Assembly: GCA_963668625.2 (NCBI GenBank)
Contig: CAXXKA010000001.1
Location: 576,001-640,000, forward strand
Length of the DNA: 64,000 nucleotides
Source: an uncultured candidate division Zixibacteria bacterium
Lineage (GTDB): Bacteria > Zixibacteria > MSB-5A5 > UBA10806 > 4484-95
Direction of reading: 5' to 3'
Shown here one piece after another: positions 20,519-30,738 of this stretch (within the stretch, counting starts at the first letter, position 1; every line of letters begins with the position of its first letter). A program made the translations under genes and the position numbers. The notes beneath the pieces were generated by a model. It was not told the DNA's origin, did no database searches, and worked only from the letters and a program-made list of their open reading frames with translations.

Positions 20519-21973
20519 TTGTACGATAAATCGTTAATCGAACTTTCCAGTCCCGGGCATATCGGATTTTCGTTGCCGGAACTGCCCGAGGATTATACCG
20601 GACCGGAGGATTATATTCCTCTTTCGATGCTTCGCAAGGAGGAGCCGAAACTCCCCGAGTTGGCGGAGCCGGAGGCGGTTCGGCATTTTATCGCCTTATC
20701 GGTGAAAAACCATCACATAGATAAAGGTTTTTACCCGCTCGGCTCTTGTACGATGAAATACAATCCCAAGCTAAACGAGTATACCGCCAATCTTCCCGGT
20801 TTTAACGCCGCTCATCCGCACGCGCCCGCCGATTCCGTGCAGGGGACTCTTCAGCTTTTATACGAGCTACAAGATATTCTGGCGGCTGTTTCAGGCATGG
20901 ATAATATTACGCTTCAACCGGCGGCCGGTGCTCATGGAGAATTTACCGCGCTTCTGTTGATGCGGGCATATCATCAAAGCAAAGGTGAAAACAGGAAGAA
21001 CATAATCATACCGGATTCCGCTCACGGCACTAATCCCGCCTCGGTGGCGCAGGCCGGTTTCAACACGATAAAGATCCCTTCCAATGATAAAGGTCTGGTT
21101 GATATCGAAAAGCTGGCGGAGCTGTGCGATTCCGATACCGCCGGATTTATGCTTACCAATCCCAATACCCTGGGGCTGTTCGAGCAGGATATCGAGAAAA
21201 TCGCGGCGGTGGTTCACGACTGCGGCGGCCTTCTGTACATGGATGGCGCAAACTTGAACGCGCTATTGGGCCTGGTTCGTCCCGGCGATATGGGATTCGA
21301 TATCGTACATTTCAATTTCCATAAGACTTTTTCAACACCTCATGGCGGTGGTGGTCCCGGCGGCGGAGCATTGGGTATCAAGGCGATTCTCGAGCCGTTT
21401 TTGCCGGCTCCGGTGATCACTCGGAAAACCTCTAAAGCCAGCAAGGTGTCGTACTTCCTGGAGTATAATCGCCCCGATTCAATCGGCAGGATTCATGGTT
21501 TCAACGGCAATATCGCCGTGGCAATCAGGGCATACACATATATCAGGAAACACGGCCCGGAGGGCTTGAAACAGATATCCAAAACCGCCATCGTGAACGC
21601 TAATTATCTTAAAGAGAATCTGCGGAAATACTACGATCTGCCGCATGAACGGGCCTGCATGCATGAGTTCGTCCTATCCGGCGACCGTCAGGCTAAAAAA
21701 GGCGTGAAGGTGCTGAATATAGCCAAGCGTATTCTGGACTTCGGAGTTCATGCACCGACCGTTTATTTCCCGCTTATCGTGCACGAGGCATTGATGATCG
21801 AGCCGACCGAGTCGGAAAGCAGGCAATCACTCGATTACTTTATCGAGGTGATGAAGCAAATCGCCGATGAGGTCGATAACGATCCGGATAAAGTGTTGAA
21901 TGCGCCGCACACCACCGTGGTTGGTCGTCTGGATGAGGCCAAAGCGGCTAAGGATATGAATGTTTGCTGGTAA
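20519..21973 (+). CDS. gcvPB: Glycine dehydrogenase subunit 2
   Basis: YPLGSCTMKYNP, DSAHGTNPAS, HFNFHKTFSTPHGGGGPG (PLP lysine). Confidence 0.95.
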   Translation: MYDKSLIELSSPGHIGFSLPELPEDYTGPEDYIPLSMLRKEEPKLPELAEPEAVRHFIALSVKNHHIDKGFYPLGSCTMKYNPKLNEYTANLPGFNAAHPHAPADSVQGTLQLLYELQDILAAVSGMDNITLQPAAGAHGEFTALLLMRAYHQSKGENRKNIIIPDSAHGTNPASVAQAGFNTIKIPSNDKGLVDIEKLAELCDSDTAGFMLTNPNTLGLFEQDIEKIAAVVHDCGGLLYMDGANLNALLGLVRPGDMGFDIVHFNFHKTFSTPHGGGGPGGGALGIKAILEPFLPAPVITRKTSKASKVSYFLEYNRPDSIGRIHGFNGNIAVAIRAYTYIRKHGPEGLKQISKTAIVNANYLKENLRKYYDLPHERACMHEFVLSGDRQAKKGVKVLNIAKRILDFGVHAPTVYFPLIVHEALMIEPTESESRQSLDYFIEVMKQIADEVDNDPDKVLNAPHTTVVGRLDEAKAAKDMNVCW

Positions 21974-21994
21974 GGATTACCGATAGAATTATTC

Positions 21995-22024
21995 AAACCG
22001 CGATGTTTTATTCGCGGTTTTTTT
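21995..22024 (+). terminator. Intrinsic terminator after gcvPB
   Basis: aaaccgcga-tgtttta-ttcgcggttttttt. Confidence 0.8.
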
Positions 22025-22092
22025 ATTATATTAAAGTTGTTGGGAGAAAGCGCAACCTTGAGCCGTATTACCGGAATAGTCTGAGTTAGATA

Positions 22093-23517
22093 ATGAACAA
22101 ACTTTACTGTCTAAAACATATCAGCCTGAGCTATTCGATTTTCGATAGCGAAACCACCGAGAATATATCGATTAAGGCTCTGGATGATATTTCTCTGGAT
22201 ATCTATGAGAATGAGTTCATCGCGATCGCGGGCAGGAACGGCTCGGGAAAAACCTCCCTGGGGAAGCTGATGGCAGGTCTCGCGGGTTCGTTTGAAGGGG
22301 AGCTTCACTACAGAGGCAAGCCGGTAAAGGAATATAACCGTGAAATATTCCGGGATGTCGGTATGGTGATTCAGGAACCTCAAAACCAGTTGTTGATGCC
22401 GACAGTGGCAAAGGAGCTGGCGTATCCTCTGGAAAATCGCGGAGTGGGTAAAAACGATATTACTACGAAAGTATTTAAGCAGTCGGAGACATTCGGATTG
22501 AGCGCCTATCTCGAACGAAGTCCCGATCAACTCTCCGGCGGGCAAACTACCGCGCTGGCTCTGGCCTCGATATTGATAACCGAACCCGAGACTGTTATTC
22601 TCGATGAACCGGACTCGCATTTCGATGATTCATCCAAAACAGTGCTCAGGGATTTCATTGCAAGATACCGGGGTAAAAAAACGATTATCCTGATCACGCA
22701 ATATCCGGAGGCGGCACAGAGCGCCGATAGAGTTATCAATATTTCTGATGGTAAATCCAATCAAACCGGGATGCTAAAACGCGAATCAATTCGGAATCGT
22801 AAAGTATACGATTATGGCAACGCGGTTGAATCTACACCTTGTCTTGAATTCCAGAATGTAAGTTACGAATATGAAAAGAACAGTGTGGCTCTCGGAAATA
22901 TCAACTTGATTATCAATCGCACCGAGAGAGTGGGTATAGTCGGAGGCATGGGCGCAGGGAAGACTACGCTGGGATTGATCGCCTCAGGCTTGCTCGAGCC
23001 TACCCAGGGGCAAGTGATGGTCGCGGGGATGGCTCTCGACAAGTATGATGAGATCGATTTGCGCCGAAAGGTATCGTATTCGATGCAGTTTCCTGAAAGG
23101 GCGTTATTCGGTGAAACTGTCAGGAAGGATATTGCGATCGGACCCGAGAATCTTACAATCGAGAATATCGATGATTCGGTTGATAAATACATTAATACTT
23201 TCAATATAGATAAACTTTCCAACCGTCACCCATTCGCACTTTCTGGAGGGGAGAAACGACGTGCGGCTCTAGCCGGGATTTTGGCTATGAATACGGAGAT
23301 AGTCATACTGGATGAGCCAACAGCCGCGCTGGATATCGAGACAGTGAATCGGCTAACCGAAATTCTATATTCACTGGAGGATAAAACTATTATAATAATC
23401 AGTCACGATATCGATTTCATCACAGCTAATTGCAATAGAGTTATTGAATTAAAACAGGGAAGAGTTGAAGCTGACATGCCTGTTGCCGACTTTTTATCCA
23501 CCAAGAAAAAAACCTGA
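22093..23517 (+). CDS. Fused double-ATPase of an ECF-type transporter (EcfA-A')
   Basis: Two NBDs: GRNGSGKT/LSGGQ/LDEP and GGMGAGKT/QFPE/LSGGE/LDEPT. Confidence 0.85.
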   Translation: MNKLYCLKHISLSYSIFDSETTENISIKALDDISLDIYENEFIAIAGRNGSGKTSLGKLMAGLAGSFEGELHYRGKPVKEYNREIFRDVGMVIQEPQNQLLMPTVAKELAYPLENRGVGKNDITTKVFKQSETFGLSAYLERSPDQLSGGQTTALALASILITEPETVILDEPDSHFDDSSKTVLRDFIARYRGKKTIILITQYPEAAQSADRVINISDGKSNQTGMLKRESIRNRKVYDYGNAVESTPCLEFQNVSYEYEKNSVALGNINLIINRTERVGIVGGMGAGKTTLGLIASGLLEPTQGQVMVAGMALDKYDEIDLRRKVSYSMQFPERALFGETVRKDIAIGPENLTIENIDDSVDKYINTFNIDKLSNRHPFALSGGEKRRAALAGILAMNTEIVILDEPTAALDIETVNRLTEILYSLEDKTIIIISHDIDFITANCNRVIELKQGRVEADMPVADFLSTKKKT

Positions 23518-23609
23518 TTTGTCTTTATTAAACCTCCCATAATACTATCAAATCCGATGGGAACATTCGGCTGTCCAGGTATTGTTTATAATGAAAATGA
23601 GGATCATTT

Positions 23610-24017
23610 ATGATTAAAATACTATCAAAAATCCTGGTGGCGGCGTTTGGCGTATTTATTTTCGCTGGATGCTCCGGCAGCAACCCCGCTGGTAATGATA
23701 TCCCCGATGCCCCGACCAATCTCTCAGGCGAGGCAACCGGGGCTTACTCGATTCAACTATACTGGGCGGATAACTCGGAAAACGAGGATGTTTTCCTGCT
23801 TTACAGATCGGTTGGCGGCCCATACGAATTGACGGCCGAGTTGGATGCCAATACTGATGCTTATAACGATCAAATCAATTTCAGTTGTGTCGAGGTGGGG
23901 TATTACATTGTTGCCAGTAATGGGGCAGGAAACTCATCCAACTCCAATTTCATAAATGTGCCGTTACTCTGCGGCCCGGAAAACAGTGATACCTTGAGCT
24001 TGCCATTCGCCAGATAG
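23610..24017 (+). CDS. Fibronectin type III domain lipoprotein
   Basis: Lipobox FAGC; PDAPTNL..IQLYWADNSENE..Y..N..GNS. Confidence 0.8.
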   Translation: MIKILSKILVAAFGVFIFAGCSGSNPAGNDIPDAPTNLSGEATGAYSIQLYWADNSENEDVFLLYRSVGGPYELTAELDANTDAYNDQINFSCVEVGYYIVASNGAGNSSNSNFINVPLLCGPENSDTLSLPFAR

Positions 24018-24259
24018 CGAGATTATCCGAAACCAGCGGATGTGGTTGAGCAACTAGGCAAGCTGTAGCTTCTCACAACCTGAGATCGACCAGGCTGAAT
24101 CTATCGATACTTTCGGCTTTTTAGATCATATCTGTTATCATCTTTGCTTGACTTAGCTCCTAAAAATTAGCATTATACCTATCGAAATGAGCTGTCACGC
24201 TCATACCTCTAATTGAAAACGTAACCTGATTTATAAATGAAAATTAGTAGGAGGAATAG

Positions 24260-25444
24260 ATGTCTGAACAGGCTGTAATCGTATCCGCGTGCAGAACAGC
24301 TATAGGTACATTTTTAGGTGGGCTAGCTCCTGTGACCGCCCCGAAACTTGGCGCTATTGCCATAAAAGAGGCTGTCAAACGCTCCGGTGTAGATCCCGAG
24401 AAAATCGATGAGGTGATAATGGGGCAGGTGGTTCAAGGTGGTTCCGGCCAGGCTCCAGCCCGTCAGGCCTCCGTGCATTCCGGTTTGCCTACGAAAATTC
24501 CGGCCATGACAATCAATAAAGTATGCGGCTCCGGTTTGAAAGCCGTGATGATTGCCGCCTCCGAGATAAAAGCCGGGGATGGCCACTGCTTCGTTGCCGG
24601 TGGACAGGAGTCGATGTCCAACTGTCCGTTCATTCTTCAGGGCGCGAGGCAAGGATTGAAATTCGGCGATCAAAAGCTGAAAGACCTGATGATTCTTGAT
24701 GGCCTGTGGGATAGTTTCAACAATTTCCACATGGGGCTGGCGGCAGAATATACCGCCGAGAAAGCCGGCTTGACCAGAAAAGACCTGGATGAATACGCTG
24801 CTAATTCGCAGAATAAAGCCGCTAAAGCCAGTGAGGATGGTAAATTCAAAGCCGAAATTACCCCGGTGGAGATTCCCCAGCGTAAAGGTGATCCGATTAT
24901 TTTCGATACCGACCAGGGCCCTCGTCCCGGTACGACTGTCGAGAAGCTGGGCAAGCTTCGACCGGCGTTTACCAAAGATGGTATAGTCACCGCCGGTAAT
25001 TCTCCCGGTTTGAATGATGGCGCCTCGGCTCTGGTGGTGACCTCCGAATCGTTCGCCAAAGAGAATAATCTCAAACCGCTGGCCCGGGTTATCGATTACA
25101 CCTCGGCTCATAAAGACCCCAAAGAGCTGTTTTTCGCTCCTATCGATGCCGTGAATATGCTGACCAAAAAGATGGGAGTCGATATTAATCACTGGGACCT
25201 GATCGAGGCCAACGAGGCTTTCGCCGCGCAGTGTTTAGCTGATGGCAACGCGCTCGGTTGGGACTACGATAAGGTTAATGTCAACGGCGGCGCAATAGCG
25301 TTGGGTCATCCGATAGGCGCCTCAGGCGCGCGCGTGCTTACCACTTTGATTTATGCTCTGAAAGATCGCGGCCTTAAAAAAGGTATGGCAACGTTATGTC
25401 TCGGCGGCGGCGGAGCGGTAGCAATGGCTATTGAGTTGATGTAG
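24260..25444 (+). CDS. Acetyl-CoA C-acetyltransferase (thiolase)
   Basis: NKVCGSG, NEAFA, GHPIGASG, LCLGGG. Confidence 0.95.
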   Translation: MSEQAVIVSACRTAIGTFLGGLAPVTAPKLGAIAIKEAVKRSGVDPEKIDEVIMGQVVQGGSGQAPARQASVHSGLPTKIPAMTINKVCGSGLKAVMIAASEIKAGDGHCFVAGGQESMSNCPFILQGARQGLKFGDQKLKDLMILDGLWDSFNNFHMGLAAEYTAEKAGLTRKDLDEYAANSQNKAAKASEDGKFKAEITPVEIPQRKGDPIIFDTDQGPRPGTTVEKLGKLRPAFTKDGIVTAGNSPGLNDGASALVVTSESFAKENNLKPLARVIDYTSAHKDPKELFFAPIDAVNMLTKKMGVDINHWDLIEANEAFAAQCLADGNALGWDYDKVNVNGGAIALGHPIGASGARVLTTLIYALKDRGLKKGMATLCLGGGGAVAMAIELM

Positions 25445-25470
25445 TCAGCAGTTTTATAACAACGATTATT

Positions 25471-25640
25471 GTAAGGGCGTTCGACTGGACGCCCTTTACT
25501 TTTGCCCACTCATTACGAAGCGCTGCTTCGTAATGTTGCTGGAGATGGCAGAATAATACACTTTTGCTGGTGATGACAAGGCTTTAAAGCAGCGCCTGGG
25601 AATCAAGAGATAAGGGCATTCGATTGGACGCCCTTTTACT
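25471..25640. repeat. Nested REP cluster: family E - family B REPIN - family E
   Basis: taagggcRttcgaYtggacgcccttt at 25472 and 25611 bracket ctcattacgaagcgctgcttcgtaatg...aaagcagcgcctgggaatcaagag. Confidence 0.75.
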
Positions 25641-25744
25641 ATATATCAGCTTAAAATACCTTTTGACCGGCCATCATAATCATCCTATTATAGGAAACTA
25701 TAGGATAGCTAATTGGAGTATTAATTTCAAAAGGAGATATTGTA

Positions 25745-26149
25745 ATGAGCATGCCAAGGATAACCTTAGCCTACGCGGTGATATTAATAATAATCGGATT
25801 GATCGGATACATGGCCTCGGGGATGGCCAGTATAACGGCCTTGATACCGTCCTTTTTCGGCGTGGTATTTGTCGTATTGGGCATAATGGCGATGTTCGAG
25901 AATATGCGCAAGAACGCCATGCACGTGGCCGCGGTGATATCTTTTATCGCGCTCCTGTTCACGATCGGTGGTATTTTTGATGTCTTTTCCATGCTTTCGG
26001 GAACTGAGCTCGAGCGACCCGGCGCGGCCGTGGCCAAAGCGTTTATGGCGATTTTCTCACTGGTATATTTTGCCATATGTCTATGGTCATTCGTCTCTGC
26101 CCGTTTACTGAAGAAAAACGATAAACCGGAAAAGCCGATTGAGGTTTGA
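25745..26149 (+). CDS. Small 4-TM membrane protein
   Basis: Four hydrophobic segments, SITALIP motif, AAGGAG RBS. Confidence 0.8.
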   Translation: MSMPRITLAYAVILIIIGLIGYMASGMASITALIPSFFGVVFVVLGIMAMFENMRKNAMHVAAVISFIALLFTIGGIFDVFSMLSGTELERPGAAVAKAFMAIFSLVYFAICLWSFVSARLLKKNDKPEKPIEV

Positions 26150-26309
26150 TATCAGGAGAAGATTTCCATTAAAATAAAGGTTGGAGCACGAGAACGTACT
26201 CCAACCTGGAATGATTTTCACGAAAAGCAGATTGAGATTCAGCCGCCTCTATCAATAAACTGCAGGACATAGTTGAGGCATGGAATCTTGACCCAATCTC
26301 CTGCCATGT

Positions 26310-27984
26310 TTACCAGATATAATATCCTAGCCGTGCGCTGATACCGTAGTTACTTCCATCGATATCATTATAAAGACTTCCAGGCCTCGATGGCATACTG
26401 GCGCCGTTGTTGTAGCTAACGGAGGTCGTCAATGTCAATGGTATGGATATCCTATATGTGAGACTTCCGCTGATTCCGAATCCGAATTCGTTCAATGTCT
26501 CCGTACTGTGGTTCGTAATATCAGTCGATCCATTGTTTTCATCCGTAATTTTAGTATCCTGATCGAGGCTGAAATACCAGCTTTGGAAATTAACCCTGGC
26601 AGTTGTTCTCGAGCTGAAAATATATCTTACTTCGGAATTCAAAACGCATTCGTAAGCGTCATTATAATCATAGCGAGTTACGTATTTGCTATAGATATTT
26701 TCGCGAGTCAAATCCGCGTCATAGTTATTTATCTCTCTATAGTAATCAAGAAAATAAGTGCCGGTAGCGGATATATTTAATTGCCATTTGTGATTGAATG
26801 GTTTGTAATAATATCCTCCCAGTGTCAAATACGTAGAGGAACTGGTGTGTTTATTGTTTTCCTCCGAGGACGAGAATAAATTGGTTTCGCTTAAGGTATC
26901 GATCTCTTCGGGAGCGCCATCCGGATATTTAGTCTCCAGTTCATAAATATGGCTATCTGTTCGCGTAACTTCTTTTATCTTTTCGTAGTCAATACCTATA
27001 CCTGCCTTGAACTGCCAACCGAATTTCCTGTTGTCAGTAGGGAAGTATCGCCAGATATCATCAACAAGCAGGGTCGCGGTCGTGTGGTTGCCATCAAGGA
27101 TACCTTCTCTATCCAAGGTAGTCGATCAAGCCATCCAGTGCCTCTATATAGTGAAGCCGAGAGTCAATAGCGTACTCCAGCCTGTATTGATAAACCAGCG
27201 AAGAAAGCTCTATCATTTGTGATTTGGTCGGTTGGATTGCGATTAAGCCGGCTTTATCCAGCTCATCAATGATATACATTGCCGTTGATCCGAACTTGCC
27301 CTCGTATACATGTCCCCATCCCGGTAATAGCGCCGCTCTCATTCTATACGTATGCTGATCGCCATCTCTGTAAGTCCAGGTTTTATCTATTTCATTCTCG
27401 ATCGTATCCGGAAAAACCGGGTTGGTGTCAGACGTGTAGATGTATGAATCATCCTTTGGGGCTTCAGATAGACTTACAGCAGCAGCCAGGTTTGCCGAGA
27501 TAAAAAAGTCGTTTATGAGATAGTGTCCGGTTTCAATATATGGCTCGATTTGAAAATCATATCCTGTTCTCAATGAGGTTGAATTTCTCTGGTAATAATC
27601 ATTCGTGCCATACCAGTTGTTGCTGGAAAGTTCGGATCTCCTGTTTTGAATAGAGCCTTCGGTATCTAATTCGAATAGTAAAAAAGATGGTACTGTTTGG
27701 TATTCATATTTGTACCGAGCTGATGCTGATCCATTCTGATTATCCGTGTTAGTATCGTCTACTGTCCTGATATCCGGCATTGATATTGATGCACGATCAT
27801 ATTTGGTCTCCTGTCCGTTTATGCCAATATTACCATCAACTCTAAGCTGGCTGTCTGTAAATTTCTCCGGGATGAAATCCTCGATCATGAAATTATTTGT
27901 CTGGGATATTGCCATCCCCGGAATAAATAACAACATGAAATAGATGGTGATGATCATGCGTTTAAATCGATAGCTGTCTTTCAT
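26310..27984 (-). pseudogene. Putative outer-membrane beta-barrel protein split by a 1-nt frameshift at ~27116 (ORFs 27109-27984 and 26310-27116)
   Basis: Signal peptide only on the upstream ORF; 8-bp overlap with no clear RBS; amphipathic strands; C-terminal ..RLGYYIW. Confidence 0.65.
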
Positions 27985-28151
27985 ACATCCTCCTACTAAT
28001 TATTGTAATAAAAATCCTCTCAACTAATGTGTACTGGTACAAAGACAATAAGTTCCAGTATGAAGTTCGACATACGGCAAGCATTATCATCCGGTATAAT
28101 GAGTGATATAAAGGCGTGGTAGCGAAATCCCGATGATGTTATGTTATATCA

Positions 28152-29432
28152 TCAATTAATCAGGGAAATATTCGGGATTATTCCAGTTAAAGTAATCCCG
28201 ACATTAATGAAGTCTTCTTTTCGAGTATAACGCTCATATGTTGAGCCGTTATAAAAAGTTTCGGTTGTCTCCCAAAACGAATATTCGGCGTAGATATCGG
28301 CAATTATTTTTTTGAAGCTTACTGCGGTGCCGGCCGTAAATCCAATAAGATATGCCGGGGAGTTATCCGTTAATTCATCACTAATTATTGGAATGGCCTC
28401 GCTGAAAAATCCCATGCGGATAGGGTATTTACTTTTGTACTCCAGTCCCATCCTGATGGAGTGACCATTTTCGGTATCATCGAAAAGATTAGCGCGATTC
28501 AAATAAGTATCCAATTTGCAATCGTGAAACGGTCTATTGTCGTACTCGAAAGCCAGAATCGCTTGATCCGTCTCATATGACAGGCCCGCTCCGTATGTTG
28601 TAGGAATGTTGGCTTTTATGGTACGATAGTCATGGTATATGTATTCCATTCCGTAATAAAATTCGTGTTTATAATAGTAATGATTGGATTTATAGCAATA
28701 CTCGGGTTTTATCATAAAGGCGAACATGACAGTTTCGGTAAGTTGAATCGAGGTACTTATAGTCGAAAAAAAGGTATCGAAATAATAACCAAACTCTCTA
28801 TCTGATGAAGACTGCTGTCCTCTTATGTCAAGATTGTGGTTATCATCCTTGGAATTATATCTGCTTTTTAATGATTTATGCAAACCTGCGCCTATAGCTA
28901 TTCTATCGTTCAGTTTAGCCGCCAGAGCTATCGAAAGAGTTCTGATGCCTCCGTTGTTAGTAGTTTTTGAATCAGAGGTGTAATCATCATCCCGGTAATA
29001 CCGTTCGGATTTGGATTTCATAGCCCAATCCAAGTAAGTACTGACACCCAAGCCCAGTGAGATATTTCTGCCGGAGTCGGAATTATGATGAGTTAAAACG
29101 CAAGCGAATTGAGAGGCTTTGAAATATATCGGATATGATTCTGATAATTCATAGTTATGATTGCTTAAATTATTACTATCATCATTTATCCAACCACCGA
29201 TCAAGCGTCCCCCTATCTGTACCGAGTTGTCATCCCTTAAACAAAGGTTCGCCGGATTGGTAAATATCGCGTTTGCGCCAAAAGTCGTTACAAGCTCTGT
29301 CCGTCCCAGAGATCGGGCGCGGGCGTCATTGACAGAAGGGGTAAAGGCGACGATAGGGTTAATGCTATAATCAAATTGCGCGTATATAGTTGAGCAAAAT
29401 AACAGTATTATCAGTAATATTATTTTTCTCAT
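28152..29432 (-). CDS. Outer-membrane beta-barrel protein, FadL/PorV-like
   Basis: Signal peptide; ARARSLG..ANAIFTNPANL (NPA hatch motif); IRMGLEY, PIRMGF. Confidence 0.65.
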   Translation of the reverse strand: MRKIILLIILLFCSTIYAQFDYSINPIVAFTPSVNDARARSLGRTELVTTFGANAIFTNPANLCLRDDNSVQIGGRLIGGWINDDSNNLSNHNYELSESYPIYFKASQFACVLTHHNSDSGRNISLGLGVSTYLDWAMKSKSERYYRDDDYTSDSKTTNNGGIRTLSIALAAKLNDRIAIGAGLHKSLKSRYNSKDDNHNLDIRGQQSSSDREFGYYFDTFFSTISTSIQLTETVMFAFMIKPEYCYKSNHYYYKHEFYYGMEYIYHDYRTIKANIPTTYGAGLSYETDQAILAFEYDNRPFHDCKLDTYLNRANLFDDTENGHSIRMGLEYKSKYPIRMGFFSEAIPIISDELTDNSPAYLIGFTAGTAVSFKKIIADIYAEYSFWETTETFYNGSTYERYTRKEDFINVGITLTGIIPNISLIN

Positions 29433-29539
29433 TGTTAGCTTCCTACAATAATACTTTCTTAACCATAATGTTACTTATATAAAGCACGATTAAAAAACTC
29501 GTGTATAGTAAAAGTTAATAAAAACCTAAATATTAATTC

Positions 29540-30730
29540 CTACTCAGCCTGCCAACCTACGGGAAAACCGAACATGGAATTGCTTTCTGTCGCTTCCTTC
29601 AAAATTAAACGAGAGATTACTATTCGCTGAACCTCCGAGGTGCCCTCGCCGATTTCATCGAGTTTGACATCACGCCACATGCGCTCAACCGGGAACTTAT
29701 CGGTCAGGCCGACCTCGCCTAAAATACCGATAGCAGTCCAGCAGACAAAGGTGCCGACCTCGGCTGCGTAAAGTTTCGCCATCGCCGACTCTTTGCTGAA
29801 CCGCTTGCCGGAGTCTTTGAGTACCGCCGAGTGATATACCAGGTGACGGGCTGCCTGTATCTGAGTGGCCATGTCTGCCAGCTTGAAAGCGATAGACTGC
29901 TGATTCGATAAATCCGGTTTCAGAGCGGCATATTTCACCGCCACATCAAAAGCGCCCTGGGCCAGCCCAAGCGCCATAGAGGCTATCGATACCCGGCCGC
30001 CGTCGAGGGTGATCATGAACTGCTTGAATCCGTGCCCTTCCTCGCCTAGCCTGTCGGATTCGGGAACGATCAAATCATCAAAGTGAAGAAACCGGGTGTC
30101 GGAGCCGCGAAGCCCCAGCTTGTTCTCTTTTTTGCCAGAGGAGAAACCCTCAGTACCGGCCTTTACGATAAACGAGGAGATACCCTTGGTGCCGCCCTCA
30201 CGAGAGGTGCGGGCGGTAAATATAGCGGTATCACATATCCCGGCGCAGGTGATCCAGCACTTGGTGCCGTTCACCTTGTAGCCGTTATCGATTTTCTCGG
30301 CGAATGTCTTGGTACCACCGGCATCGGAACCAGCGCCCGGCTCTGTCAGGCCGAATGCCGCCAGCTTGCCGCCGGTGGTTATCTCCGGCAGGTATTTCTT
30401 GCGTTGCTCCTCGGTACCGAACTTGTAAATCGGGAAATTACCCAGCGAGTTGTGCGCCGCCACCGTGATTCCGGTAGAACCGCAAACACGCGATAACTCC
30501 TCGACCGCGATAGCGTAAGTTAACGTATCGGTGTAGGTACCGCCGTACTTTTTATCCACCTGCATTCCCAGCAGGCCGAGTTCGTTCAAGCGGGGGACAA
30601 TCTGGTCGGGGAAGACCTGGTCGTGATCGATTCGAGTGGCGTACGGCTGAACCTCCGATTCGGCAAACTCCCGGATTTTCATCCGGAAGTTTTCATGCTC
30701 ATCTGATGTCCAGGTTAGATTTTCATGCAT
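29540..30730 (-). CDS. Acyl-CoA dehydrogenase
   Basis: FGLTEPGAGSD, NGTKCWIT, LDGGR, EIGEGTSEVQR. Confidence 0.93.
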   Translation of the reverse strand: MHENLTWTSDEHENFRMKIREFAESEVQPYATRIDHDQVFPDQIVPRLNELGLLGMQVDKKYGGTYTDTLTYAIAVEELSRVCGSTGITVAAHNSLGNFPIYKFGTEEQRKKYLPEITTGGKLAAFGLTEPGAGSDAGGTKTFAEKIDNGYKVNGTKCWITCAGICDTAIFTARTSREGGTKGISSFIVKAGTEGFSSGKKENKLGLRGSDTRFLHFDDLIVPESDRLGEEGHGFKQFMITLDGGRVSIASMALGLAQGAFDVAVKYAALKPDLSNQQSIAFKLADMATQIQAARHLVYHSAVLKDSGKRFSKESAMAKLYAAEVGTFVCWTAIGILGEVGLTDKFPVERMWRDVKLDEIGEGTSEVQRIVISRLILKEATESNSMFGFPVGWQAE

Positions 30731-30738
30731 AATGATAA

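Noticed and set aside
22030-22092. Riboswitch upstream of the ECF ATPase
   Set aside because: No TPP, B12 or FMN core motifs recognisable; leader is too short
24323-25192. Long antisense ORFs (e.g. 24323-25192, 5478-6464, 43022-43594)
   Set aside because: Shadow frames of well-supported genes on the opposite strand
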